Shown: positions 37,635 to 46,700, counted from the stretch's first letter. The stretch: DNA of 64,000 nucleotides from Longimicrobiales bacterium (GCA_965116905.1 OZ220732.1:160001-224000); one strand, 5' to 3'. The notes: generated by a model not told the origin, from the letters alone. Made by a program: numbers and translations.

Positions 37635-38408
37635 ATGGCTGCCTTGCCCAGCACCTTGCCCAGCACCTTGCCGACCGCCACTGCGTTCGCGGCTGCCATC
37701 GCGGCTGCCCTCCTCGTCTCCTTTTCCACCGCATTTGCGCAGACCGACCCCGACGACGACATCTCGTTCCACCTGGTGGGCCAGGTCGTCGACAATGCCA
37801 CAGGCGCACCGGTGCCCGGCGCCCGGGTGTCCGTCGCGGCGTCCGAGTGGATGTCCGTGACCAACTCGGAAGGGCGCTTCATCCTGCATGGCCTGCGCCC
37901 CGGACCGCACCGGGTGTCGGTCGAGCAGCTGGGCTACCACACGCTTGTCGCCCAGGTGCATGCCGGGACGGAGACAGCTCCGCTGCGGCTCGGGATCGAA
38001 CCGGACCCCATCGTTCTCGAGGGCCTCGAGGTGGTCGGCCGGCGTTTCGAGAGACGGCGGCGCGCCACAGGCCTGAGGGTCAGCGAGTTCGGCCAGCACG
38101 ACCTGGCGGCCAGCAGCAGTCGCTCGGCGGCCGAAATGCTGGAGGAGCGCATTCCGGTCCAGCGGACCCGGTGCGACGATGGGGCGTTCGAGTGCGTTTT
38201 CTCACGCGGCGGACGGATGCGTCCCACCGTCTGCATCGACGAAACCCCGACGATCGATGGCTGGAACGCCCTCGCGGCGTACCGTCCCCAGGATTTCCAT
38301 ATGATCGAGGTCTACGGGCGAGCCAGTCTGGTCCGCGCCTACACCCACCATTTCATGGAGCGCGCTGCCCGGATCCGGTTTCTGCCGACTGCGGTGGGCT
38401 CCTGCTAG
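37635..38408 (+). CDS. Carboxypeptidase-regulatory-like domain plus plug-like protein (paralog of 19198-19950)
   Basis: GQVVDNATGAPVPGA, TNSEGRF, EQLGY, PDPIVLEGLEV..RFERRRRA, IEVY..RAYTHHFM. Confidence 0.75.
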   Translation: MAALPSTLPSTLPTATAFAAAIAAALLVSFSTAFAQTDPDDDISFHLVGQVVDNATGAPVPGARVSVAASEWMSVTNSEGRFILHGLRPGPHRVSVEQLGYHTLVAQVHAGTETAPLRLGIEPDPIVLEGLEVVGRRFERRRRATGLRVSEFGQHDLAASSSRSAAEMLEERIPVQRTRCDDGAFECVFSRGGRMRPTVCIDETPTIDGWNALAAYRPQDFHMIEVYGRASLVRAYTHHFMERAARIRFLPTAVGSC

Positions 38409-39693
38409 CGCCGCGCATCTCCGCCGCGCGGGCGTGCGCCTCGAGCCCTTCCATGCGGGCGAGCGCGGCCGCGTCCCTAGCCAGCAGGTCGCGCTCCGGG
38501 CCCGGTTCCAGCCGGAGCCAGGTGGGCCGCCGAAGGAAGGACAGCACGGACAGGCCGCCGGTGAATCGCGCCGTGCCTCCCGTCGGGAGCGTGTGGTTGG
38601 GCCCTGCGCCGTAGTCGCCGAAGACTTCCGCGACGGATTCGTCGACGAACAGCGACCCGAATGTGGTCAGCGTCTCCGCCCACGCTTCGGCGCGGCTCCC
38701 GTGAAGCTGCAGGTGTTCGGGTGCGAGATCCTCGCAGCTGCGCAGGGCGGCGGCTTCAGGGGCCACCACGGCAAAGCCGTTCTTGAGGGCGGCGATCGCC
38801 GTCTCGGCGGTGGGCAGGCCGGCCAGTTGCCGGTCGAGCTCGCGTTCCACGCCCCCGACCAGGTTCGCGGACGTCGTGATGAGGACCGGTAGCGCGGCGG
38901 AGTCGTGCTCGGCCTGCGCCAGCAGGTCGGCCGCGATAAGGGCGGGGTCGCCTTCCTCGTCCGAGAGGACGGCCAGCTCGGAGGGGCCGGCCAGCAGGTC
39001 GATGCCGACCACGCCCGACAGGAGGAGCTTCGCGGCGGTCACCCACTGGTTTCCGGGCCCGACGACGACATCGCATCGCGGCACGGGGCCGACGCCGTAC
39101 GCCATGGCCGCCACGGCCTGCGCCCCTCCCACGCACAGCAGCCCATCCACCCCCGCCACCACCCCCGCCGCCATCACCTCGCGGGACGGTCTCGGCGAGG
39201 CCAGCCACACCTCGTGCACCCCGGCCACCCTGGCCGTCACGGCCGTCATGAGCACGGACGACGGCAGGGGGAACCGCCCGCCCGGGGCGTAGCACCCCGC
39301 CACCCGCACGGGCACCACGCGGTCGCCGGCCGTCCCCCCCTCGACCGGCACGGACACGGGCGCGGCCGCCGCCATCTGGGCGCGCGCGAAGTGCTCGATC
39401 CGGCCGGCGGCGCGCTTGAGCACGTCGCGATCCGCCCGCGGCAGTGAATCCAGGGCAGCCTCCATCTCGCGGGGAGTCCTGACCAGCACCCCGCCGGCTT
39501 CGATACCGTCCCACCGCTCCGCGAATTCGCGCAGCGCCTCCTCTCCACCCTTGCGCACCGCTTCGACGATCTCCAGCACGGCCGGGATGATCCCGGGCGG
39601 CACGGCAGGCTGGCGGGCGCGGCCCACGTCGGCTGCGGCAACTCGTCTCAAGCGCACGCGCGGCGGCCCATCAGCCGCCCGATCGTCACGCAC
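38353..39693 (-). CDS. hisD: Histidinol dehydrogenase
   Basis: YAPGG, GGAQA, GPGN.WV, AGPSE, DLLAQAEHD, APEHL, GDYGAGPNHTLPT. Confidence 0.96.
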   Translation of the reverse strand: MRDDRAADGPPRVRLRRVAAADVGRARQPAVPPGIIPAVLEIVEAVRKGGEEALREFAERWDGIEAGGVLVRTPREMEAALDSLPRADRDVLKRAAGRIEHFARAQMAAAAPVSVPVEGGTAGDRVVPVRVAGCYAPGGRFPLPSSVLMTAVTARVAGVHEVWLASPRPSREVMAAGVVAGVDGLLCVGGAQAVAAMAYGVGPVPRCDVVVGPGNQWVTAAKLLLSGVVGIDLLAGPSELAVLSDEEGDPALIAADLLAQAEHDSAALPVLITTSANLVGGVERELDRQLAGLPTAETAIAALKNGFAVVAPEAAALRSCEDLAPEHLQLHGSRAEAWAETLTTFGSLFVDESVAEVFGDYGAGPNHTLPTGGTARFTGGLSVLSFLRRPTWLRLEPGPERDLLARDAAALARMEGLEAHARAAEMRGASRSPPQSAETGSGQRAP

Positions 39694-40981
39694 GGCCCGG
39701 CCGCTTCGGCTCCGACGCCACCCTGCGCCTGACCGTGAGGCTTCTCCGGTCCAGCTCCCGCTCCACATCGGCCAGACTGGCCCCGGCGCGCTCCAGCGCC
39801 ACCGTCAGGAAGTACATCACGTCCGCGGCCTCCTCGACGACGCGGTCGGCGACGACCTCCCCGCTCGGCTCGGCACCCGCCGCCTCCCCCAGTTCGCCGG
39901 CCTCTTCCACGAGCTTGCCGCGCAGGAACGCACCGTCCTCGAGCAGCCGCCCCGTCAGCGACCCGGGCACCGCCCGGGCCCGCCGCGACTTCACGGTCCG
40001 CTCCAGCTTCCGGAGCCCCCGCGCCGGACCGAAGCACGTCCAGTCGCCCTGGTGGCAGAACCCGCCGCCCGCCTGCCGCACGACGAACCGCAGGGCATCG
40101 CGGTCGCAGTCGGCCTCGATGCCGAGCAGCGCCTGGGTCGCGCCCGAGGTGGCACCCTTGCGCCACAGCCCGCGCGTGCGCGAATGATACACGCCAATGC
40201 CCTCGTCGATCGCGGTGCGGATGCTCTCCGGACCGGACCAGACGAGGCCCAGCGCGCCACCGCGCTCGTCGCACACGACCGTTGGCCAGAGCCCGTCGGC
40301 CCGCTCGCTGCGCAGCGGGGCCGTGAACGCCTCGGCCAGTCCGAGGTGGCCGCGGTACAGCGCCATCCCCACCTGGGCATCGGCGCCCGAACGGTCCAGC
40401 CACGCAATCTCCTCCGCGGTAGTGATGCCTCCCGCGACGGTCAGGCGTGAGGTGCCCGCGGCTTCCACCAAGGGCGCAATCTGGTCCCGGGGAAAGCCGC
40501 CCTCCTTGCCCTCGCCCTCGACGAAGGTCACGAGGAAGCTCCCCGCGAGGCCGCTCAGTTCGCGCATGCCCTCGTAGACGGTGCGGCCGGTGCGCCTGGT
40601 CCACCCCTTGACCACGACCTCGCCCTCCCACGCGTCCAGTGCGGCCACGACCCGGTCGCGCGGCAGCCCTTCCAGCACCTCCGGTACGGCCGCCGTGCCC
40701 AGCACCACCTTCACGGCGCCCCGATCGAGCCAATCGAGCGCCGCATCGCGGTCGCGGATGCCGCCCCCCACCCGGCACGGCGCGATCGCGCACAGTTCTT
40801 CCATGACGGCCGCGTTGGACCCCCGCCCCAGCGCGGCATCGAGATCCACCACCGCGACCTCGCCCACCCGGCCGAAGCGCTCGGCGAGCGGCCGCGGATC
40901 GCCTGCTTCCAGCACCTTGCGGCGGCCCTGCACCAACTGCACGGCCTGACCGTCCATGAGGTCGATCGAGGGAATGATCAC
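39686..40981 (-). CDS. hisA/hisIE: Trifunctional HisA-HisI-HisE fusion
   Basis: GTG at 40981: IIPSIDL..G.AVQL, VVDLDAA, VGGGIRD; then YHSRTR.LWRKGATSG, DCDRD, FCH; then KLVEEAGE, EEAADVMY in one frame. Confidence 0.9.
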   Translation of the reverse strand: MIIPSIDLMDGQAVQLVQGRRKVLEAGDPRPLAERFGRVGEVAVVDLDAALGRGSNAAVMEELCAIAPCRVGGGIRDRDAALDWLDRGAVKVVLGTAAVPEVLEGLPRDRVVAALDAWEGEVVVKGWTRRTGRTVYEGMRELSGLAGSFLVTFVEGEGKEGGFPRDQIAPLVEAAGTSRLTVAGGITTAEEIAWLDRSGADAQVGMALYRGHLGLAEAFTAPLRSERADGLWPTVVCDERGGALGLVWSGPESIRTAIDEGIGVYHSRTRGLWRKGATSGATQALLGIEADCDRDALRFVVRQAGGGFCHQGDWTCFGPARGLRKLERTVKSRRARAVPGSLTGRLLEDGAFLRGKLVEEAGELGEAAGAEPSGEVVADRVVEEAADVMYFLTVALERAGASLADVERELDRRSLTVRRRVASEPKRPGRA

Positions 40982-41856
40982 AATGCGTCCTCCCGGGCCG
41001 ATGCGCTTTCCCCGATCCGGCCCGCGGCCCGCGCCAACCCGCGCGCTTCGGAGTACCCGGGCCGCACCGACACCCCGAGCCCGGCCAGCGCCCGCTTGAC
41101 CTCCTCCACCGTCCAGTTCCGCTGGTGGAAGATCGACGCCGCCAGCACGGCATCGGCCCCGGCGCGAACCGCGTCGGCCATGTGTTCGGGAGAATCGGCG
41201 CCCCCCGACGCAACGATCGGCACATGCACGGCGGAACGCACCGCGCCCAGCAGGGTGAGCTCGTAGCCGCTGCGCGTGCCGTCGCGGTCGATGCTGGTCA
41301 GCAGAATCTCGCCGGCTCCGCGCTCGACCGCCTCCCGCGCCCACGCGACCGCGTCCCGCGCGACCGGTCTGGTCCCGGAAAGCACGACCACCTCGTAGCC
41401 GCTGTCCCCGCCACCCGTCCCACGTGGCCCTCCCGACTGGCCCGCTCCACTCCCGCGCCGCAGCGCGTCCAGCGAGACCACCACGCACTGCGACCCGAAC
41501 CGCCCGGCCAGGTCGGTCAGCAGCGCGGGGCGCCGGAGCGCGGCGGTGTTCACGGCCACCTTGTCGGCGCCCGCCTCCAGGAGCGCCGCCGCGTCCTCGA
41601 TCCCGCCGATCCCGCCCCCGACGGTCACCGGCACCGACAGCCGGGCCCGCACGGCGGCCACCGTGTCGAGACGGGTGCCGCGTCCTTCGGGGGTGGCCGT
41701 CACGTCCAGCACGACGACCTCGTCCGCTCCCTGCTCCTCGTAGGCCAGGGACAGCGCGGCCGGGTCGCCCTGATCCTCCAGACCCTGGAACCGGACCCCC
41801 TTCACGACCCGTCCGTCTCGGACATCGAGGCAGGGGATGATGCGAACGGGGAGCAC
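40978..41856 (-). CDS. hisF: Imidazole glycerol phosphate synthase cyclase subunit
   Basis: RIIPCLDV.DGRVVKG, GADE, FGSQCVV, GAGEILLTSIDRDGT, LAASIFH. Confidence 0.97.
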   Translation of the reverse strand: MLPVRIIPCLDVRDGRVVKGVRFQGLEDQGDPAALSLAYEEQGADEVVVLDVTATPEGRGTRLDTVAAVRARLSVPVTVGGGIGGIEDAAALLEAGADKVAVNTAALRRPALLTDLAGRFGSQCVVVSLDALRRGSGAGQSGGPRGTGGGDSGYEVVVLSGTRPVARDAVAWAREAVERGAGEILLTSIDRDGTRSGYELTLLGAVRSAVHVPIVASGGADSPEHMADAVRAGADAVLAASIFHQRNWTVEEVKRALAGLGVSVRPGYSEARGLARAAGRIGESASAREDAL

Positions 41857-41859
41857 GGG

Positions 41860-42474
41860 TCAGGCCTCCAGCCAGCGCGTCAGGAGCGCCTTGCCGTAGT
41901 CGCCCGACAGTTCGGGGTGGAACTGGCAGCCGACCACGGGGCCGCGCTCCACCGCCGCCAGAAAGCGGCCGGCGTACTCGCACCAGACGGGCAGCCAGCC
42001 GTCCGGGGCGGTCGCGAGTCGATAGGAGTTGGCGAAGTAGGCGTAGCCGCGCGGCACGATCTCGCACCGGTCGTCCGGGGTCACCAGGTTCCACCCCATC
42101 TGCGGGACTCGCCAGCCTTCCTCCCCGCTCTCGTAGCCGTCCACCACCCCGTCGAACACGCCGAGACCGGCGACGCCCGGCGCCTCCTCGCTGCCGGTCG
42201 CCATCAACTGCATGCCGAGGCAGATGCCGAGGGTGGGCCGGCCCCGCTCGATGCGTTCCCGCAGGGCATCCTCCAGACCGTGCGCCGCAATGGCGCGCTG
42301 GGCCGCGGCGAAGGCGCCCACCCCCGGAAGCACCAGCCGTTCTGCCGCGGCCACATCGCCGGCGTCGTCGGTCGCGCGAACGCGGCATCCCAGGCGCTCG
42401 AATCCCGTCAGGACCGAGGCCAGGTTGGCGGTGCTGGTGCGAACGACGGTGACCGCAGGGTGCCGTGGCGTCAC
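41860..42474 (-). CDS. hisH: Imidazole glycerol phosphate synthase amidotransferase subunit
   Basis: LPGVGAF, GICLGMQ, PQMGWN, YFANSY, QFHPE. Confidence 0.96.
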   Translation of the reverse strand: MTPRHPAVTVVRTSTANLASVLTGFERLGCRVRATDDAGDVAAAERLVLPGVGAFAAAQRAIAAHGLEDALRERIERGRPTLGICLGMQLMATGSEEAPGVAGLGVFDGVVDGYESGEEGWRVPQMGWNLVTPDDRCEIVPRGYAYFANSYRLATAPDGWLPVWCEYAGRFLAAVERGPVVGCQFHPELSGDYGKALLTRWLEA

Positions 42475-43121
42475 AGGACCCCCTTCGTGGACGGCACATC
42501 GTCACCGCCGGCCGGCGCCAGCGCGGCCTTCAACGCCAGCGCCACAGCCTTGAAGCACGCCTCGATCCGGTGGTGGTCGTTGGCGCCCCGGATCACATCG
42601 ACATGCAGCGTCAGGCCGGCGGTCTGGGCGAAGGACTGGAAGAAGTGCGGCACCATCTCGCACGACAGCGCGCCCACGCGATCCCGCCGGAGATCGAGTT
42701 CGCCGGCGAAGAACGGGCGGCCCGAGACGTCGACGACGGCGCGCGCAAGCGCCTCGTCCAGGGGCGCATACGCGTGCCCGAAGCGCACGATGCCGCCGCG
42801 GCGATCGCCCAGCGCCCGCGCCACAGCCTGACCCAGCGCCAGTCCGGTGTCTTCGACGGTATGGTGGTCGTCGACCTCCAGGTCGCCGTCGCAGGTCAGT
42901 TCCAGCCCCCACCCCGCGTGGAAGGCCAGCGCGTGCAACATGTGATCGAAGAAGCCGATCCCGGTCTCCACCCGGACGGTGGCAGGCCCCGCCTCACGCC
43001 CGTCCAGGTCGAGGCGCACCTCGACCCTGGTCTCGCCGGTCTCGCGTCGGACGCGCGCAACTCGCGCCCGTTCGCTTGCGGAAACCGCTCCGCCGTCTCC
43101 GCCTCTGCCTGAGTCACCCAT
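42471..43121 (-). CDS. hisB: Imidazoleglycerol-phosphate dehydratase (monofunctional)
   Basis: RETGET, TGIGFFDHML, DDHHTVED, NDHH.IEA.FKA, STKG. Confidence 0.96.
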   Translation of the reverse strand: MGDSGRGGDGGAVSASERARVARVRRETGETRVEVRLDLDGREAGPATVRVETGIGFFDHMLHALAFHAGWGLELTCDGDLEVDDHHTVEDTGLALGQAVARALGDRRGGIVRFGHAYAPLDEALARAVVDVSGRPFFAGELDLRRDRVGALSCEMVPHFFQSFAQTAGLTLHVDVIRGANDHHRIEACFKAVALALKAALAPAGGDDVPSTKGVL

Positions 43122-44793
43122 CGAACAATCCTCCGAAATCGCTGTCAGCCTTGACGACACGGGCGGCCCCCGCGTCCTCGAGCGCGGTCCACAGGGCCGC
43201 CGCCGCCTCCTCGGGCTGTCCCGGCGGCACGACCCCCACCGGCACCACCCCCGCCCCCACCGCCGCCCTCACGTCGTCGGGGGTGTCGCCCAGCATCCAC
43301 GCGGTCCGCGCGTCGAGCTGCTCCAGCGCGCCTCGCACGGGTGCCGGATCGGGCTTGAGCGGCGCGTCTTCACGGCAGACCACCGCACTGAAACATCCCC
43401 GCACCCCCTGCTCACGCAGGAAGCGCAGGGCGTCGGAGCGCGGCCTCCCGGTCACGATGCCCAGCCTGTACGACCGCGCGAGCCGTTCGAGCAGCTCACG
43501 CGACGGGATCAGCGTCTCGTGGCGGCGCAGCCCCGGCGCATCGTCGGTGCCCTGGTAGATCTCCTCGAAGCGCGCCGTCACCTCTTTCAGCGAGGCGTCA
43601 ACCCCCGCGCCGGCCAGCACCCCGTGCGTCACCGCCCAGTCGTCGTTGGCGCGCCCGGCGGCCTTCACGGCGCTGATCACGTCGTGTCCGGCCTCCACGC
43701 CAAACGACGCGCACGTCCGCACGATCGTCTCCCGGTACGACCGCCGCACGTCGGCCAGCACGCCGTCCATGTCGAAGAGCAGCGCGTCCGGCCGCTCCAG
43801 GCACCCCAGCGCCTGCTCCACACGGCGGAACTCCGCGTCGTCCCGCGGCACCGTGATCCGCACGTACTCCGGCAGGTGCGTGAAGTAGCGCACCAGCACC
43901 CCCTGCGCGGCCATGCCACGCAGGATCCAGCGCGCGTCCGGAAACGACGAGAACACGAAGTTCGTCTGCGACGGCTGCGGTACCCCGCCGATCCCCCGGA
44001 TCACCTCGGCCAGCCGTTTCCGCCGCTCCCGCACGTAGTCGACGAATCCCCGCATCTCGTCCACGCCGTTCTCCAGCCGGTCCAGCGCGATCGCGATCGA
44101 CGGTCCGGTCAGCGCGTACGGTCCCCCGTAACCGCGCAGCACGTCGATCCGCTCCTTCGCGCCGACCGCGAAGCCCACACGCAGCCCCGCCAGCCCCCAC
44201 GACTTCGACATCGTGCGGATCATCACCACGCGCGGGATCTCGAGGAGTGCCGCGGTGTGATCCTCGTCCGCGAACTCCGCATATGCCGAGTCCACCAGGA
44301 GCACCACTTCGGGCGGCAGCGCGTCGGCCAGCCGCAGCAACTCGCGTGTCGTGAACGCCCGGCCCGTCGGGTTGTCCGGCGTCAGCACCGCCACCACACC
44401 CGTCGTCTCGTTCACCTCGGACAGAATCTCGTCGTGGGGCAGCGTCCCCCACTCGTACTCGACCGGAACAAGCCGCCCCTTCGCCATGCGCGCGCACGCC
44501 GGAATCATCTCGAAGGTGGGTGTGGGGAAGACCATCTCCCGGTCTGGACCCAGAAACGCCCGGAAAACCCGGTCGATGGCGTCGTCCCCGCCGGTCGTGA
44601 CCAGCACGTTGGCGGGATCGGTGCCGAGGTACGCCGCGTAGGCCTCCTCCAGCGGCCTGGGGTCCGCGTACTTGCGCAGAATCCCGGGCCCGATCCGTTC
44701 CAGCACGTCGAAGCACTCCCGCGGAGGCGGTTCGCCCTCGTTCATGCTGAGGTCGATGACGTCCCGCATGGCTCCCTTCATGGCCCCGCTCAT
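43114..44793 (-). CDS. hisC: Histidinol-phosphate aminotransferase fused to a HAD phosphatase
   Basis: LSMNE, GGDDAI, PDNPTG, DSAY.EF, RTMSKSWGLAGLRVG; C-terminal LLFDMDGVL, VTGRP, KPDP, LGDTPDD. Confidence 0.92.
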   Translation of the reverse strand: MSGAMKGAMRDVIDLSMNEGEPPPRECFDVLERIGPGILRKYADPRPLEEAYAAYLGTDPANVLVTTGGDDAIDRVFRAFLGPDREMVFPTPTFEMIPACARMAKGRLVPVEYEWGTLPHDEILSEVNETTGVVAVLTPDNPTGRAFTTRELLRLADALPPEVVLLVDSAYAEFADEDHTAALLEIPRVVMIRTMSKSWGLAGLRVGFAVGAKERIDVLRGYGGPYALTGPSIAIALDRLENGVDEMRGFVDYVRERRKRLAEVIRGIGGVPQPSQTNFVFSSFPDARWILRGMAAQGVLVRYFTHLPEYVRITVPRDDAEFRRVEQALGCLERPDALLFDMDGVLADVRRSYRETIVRTCASFGVEAGHDVISAVKAAGRANDDWAVTHGVLAGAGVDASLKEVTARFEEIYQGTDDAPGLRRHETLIPSRELLERLARSYRLGIVTGRPRSDALRFLREQGVRGCFSAVVCREDAPLKPDPAPVRGALEQLDARTAWMLGDTPDDVRAAVGAGVVPVGVVPPGQPEEAAAALWTALEDAGAARVVKADSDFGGLFDG

Positions 44794-45665
44794 GGCACGA
44801 TCTGCTGCGGTTCCGACACGACCAGATCGGTGCCGCCCCGCGCCTTCACCTCGAGCAGGAGCGCCGGCAGCGCCGTCCTGGGCACCGCCGCGCGCACCGC
44901 ATACCCGCTCTCGCCGTGCAGCCGCGACACCGTGGGCTCGCGCATGCAGGGCAGAACCGAGATGACCCGCTCGAAGTCCTCTTCCGACACGTTCAGCTCG
45001 AGCATCACCCGCCGCCGCGCCTCCAGAACCGACTTGAGGAGGAGGACGAGGTCGTCGATCCGGGCCCGGCTCGCCGGGTCGTCAAGGGCTGCGGGATTGG
45101 CGTAGAGACGGGTCGAGGAGAGCATCAGCGTATCCGCGACGACAAGGCCGTTTCCGCGCAGTGTCGCTCCCGTTGCGGTGTTGTCGACGATGAGGTCCGC
45201 GTCCTCGGGCGGGAACACCTCGGTGGCCCCGTAGGACCGCACCACATCGGCCTCGAAGGGCTGGTCCGCCGCCCACTCCCTCACCAGCCGCACGTACTCG
45301 GTCGCCACGACCAGGCGGCGGCCGGCCGGAAACGCTCCGCCGTCGAGCAGCGACTCGGGCGCCGCCGCGACGACCTTCACCGGGTCGAGCGCGGTGTCGA
45401 GCAGTTCGACCAGGTCGGCGTCCAGCTCGGCCACCCAGTCCGCGCCGGCGAAACCGATGTCGCGGGACCCGGCATCGAGCATCTTCACCACGTTCTGCGG
45501 CTTGAGCAGCTTGGCCTCGAAGCCGGGCCACGAGAGCACAGGCCGATAGTTGCGCGACCCCAGGTGGACGTCGATCCCGGCCTCGGCCAGCAGCGCGAAG
45601 ACCCCGCCCTGCATGTGCCCCTTGGGCAGGCCGATGTGGATCGGGGGGCAAGCTGCAGCACTCAT
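44790..45665 (-). CDS. hisG: ATP phosphoribosyltransferase (long form)
   Basis: GLPKG, DIGFAGADW, VATEY, GATE.FP, IVDNTATG.TL, C-terminal regulatory domain with PTVS; RBS AGGAG. Confidence 0.95.
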   Translation of the reverse strand: MSAAACPPIHIGLPKGHMQGGVFALLAEAGIDVHLGSRNYRPVLSWPGFEAKLLKPQNVVKMLDAGSRDIGFAGADWVAELDADLVELLDTALDPVKVVAAAPESLLDGGAFPAGRRLVVATEYVRLVREWAADQPFEADVVRSYGATEVFPPEDADLIVDNTATGATLRGNGLVVADTLMLSSTRLYANPAALDDPASRARIDDLVLLLKSVLEARRRVMLELNVSEEDFERVISVLPCMREPTVSRLHGESGYAVRAAVPRTALPALLLEVKARGGTDLVVSEPQQIVP

Positions 45666-45714
45666 TTCCGGTTTTCGTCTCCTCGCCGGCCTGCCCCGGA
45701 ACCGGCCGGCGCAC

Positions 45715-45750
45715 AAAAAAGCGCCGACCCCCCCGAGGAAGCCGGCGTTT
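45715..45750 (-). terminator. his attenuator terminator
   Basis: Minus strand CGCCGGCTTCC..GGGGGTCGGCG stem followed by C-TTTTTT, about 50 nt upstream of hisG. Confidence 0.85.
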
Positions 45751-45781
45751 GGGTATCCCGTGCTTTCGTACGGCTACACCG

Positions 45782-45847
45782 TCACGCGGCCGCCTCTCCC
45801 AGGTGGCCGTGATGATGATGCGTGGCGTAGCAGACACAGGTATTCAT
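45782..45847 (-). CDS. hisL: his operon leader peptide MNTCVCYATHHHHGHLGEAAA
   Basis: ATG AAT ACC TGT GTC TGC TAC GCC ACG CAT CAT CAT CAC GGC CAC ... TGA; five His codons immediately upstream of the terminator and hisG. Confidence 0.9.
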   Translation of the reverse strand: MNTCVCYATHHHHGHLGEAAA

Positions 45848-45895
45848 AGGGCCCTAATTGTCACAAGGACCGCCGCTGGATGTCAAGCGGACCCA

Positions 45896-45960
45896 CCGGA
45901 GCCCGCGCCGGATACGGAGCCCGCGCGTCGGATACGGGGCCGCACCGGATACGGGCAGCC
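45896..45960. repeat. Imperfect 18-20-bp tandem repeats with CGGATACGG core x3
   Basis: GGAGCCCGCGCCGGATAC / GGAGCCCGCGCGTCGGATAC / GGGGCCGCACCGGATAC between the his promoter region and the TA locus. Confidence 0.65.
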
Positions 45961-46006
45961 GCGTCGCCCCGGGTCGAGGGCCGCGTCCTGATCCCGGCCG
46001 CGTCCC

Positions 46007-46062
46007 TTGATCGTATACTATATAATTATATACATTAGATTATGGATACTTTATGTTGAATA
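46007..46062 (+). promoter_or_regulatory. AT-rich TA promoter/operator
   Basis: Perfect palindrome TATATAATTATATA 46019-46032 containing TATAAT, in GC-rich background upstream of the antitoxin. Confidence 0.65.
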
Positions 46063-46072
46063 CCTCTCTCCC

Positions 46073-46327
46073 ATGAAACCAATCCAGGTCACGTTCGACG
46101 AGACGCTGCTTGCCAGGCTGGACCGGCATCCCATGGTCCGTGAGCGCGGGCGGTCCGCGGTCCTGCGCAAGGCCGCCGCGGACTTCCTGAAGCGCCAGGA
46201 GGCCGAGGAGATCGACCGCCTGTACCGTGCCGGCTACGCCAACGCCGCCAGGGGCGACTGCGAACTGAGGGACCGGCCCGGAGAGCTCGAGGACTGGGCC
46301 GCCCAGGGAGTGTGGCCCGGAGAATGA
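46073..46327 (+). CDS. Ribbon-helix-helix (CopG-like) antitoxin
   Basis: MKPIQVTFDETLLARLD..RSAVLR..YRAGY; ATGA overlap with toxin. Confidence 0.85.
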   Translation: MKPIQVTFDETLLARLDRHPMVRERGRSAVLRKAAADFLKRQEAEEIDRLYRAGYANAARGDCELRDRPGELEDWAAQGVWPGE

Positions 46328-46650
46328 ACGGCCGGCCACGAAGAGGCGAAGTCTGGCTGTATGCCTTCAAACCGCCGGACAAGCGGCGCCCTGTAGTCGT
46401 ATTGACACGTGAATCCGTGCTTCCGCTTCTCCGCACGGCCATGGTGGCGCCGGTGACCTCGACGATCCGCGGTCTGCCCAGCGAGGTGCGGGTGGGGGTC
46501 GCCGAGGGTCTCAAGCGCGACTCAGTGGTGAACCTCGACTGGGTGCAGACGGTCGAGCAGCGGCGCCTGAAGCACTACATGGGGTCTCTCGACGACGACA
46601 GGATGGCTCAGGTCTGCCGCGCACTCGCGGTCGCCACGGGTTGCGACTAG
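46324..46650 (+). CDS. mazF: PemK/MazF family toxin
   Basis: RGEVW, KRRPVVVLT, APVTST, DSVVNLD.VQTV. Confidence 0.9.
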   Translation: MNGRPRRGEVWLYAFKPPDKRRPVVVLTRESVLPLLRTAMVAPVTSTIRGLPSEVRVGVAEGLKRDSVVNLDWVQTVEQRRLKHYMGSLDDDRMAQVCRALAVATGCD

Positions 46651-46700
46651 CTTCGTCCCAACCGACACCCCACGCGCACACCCCCCAACCCCATGCGCCC

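Noticed and set aside
40982..42505. Upstream half of the 939-aa ORF 39686-42505
   Set aside because: Alternative frame over hisF/hisH; the real HisA-IE protein starts at GTG 40981
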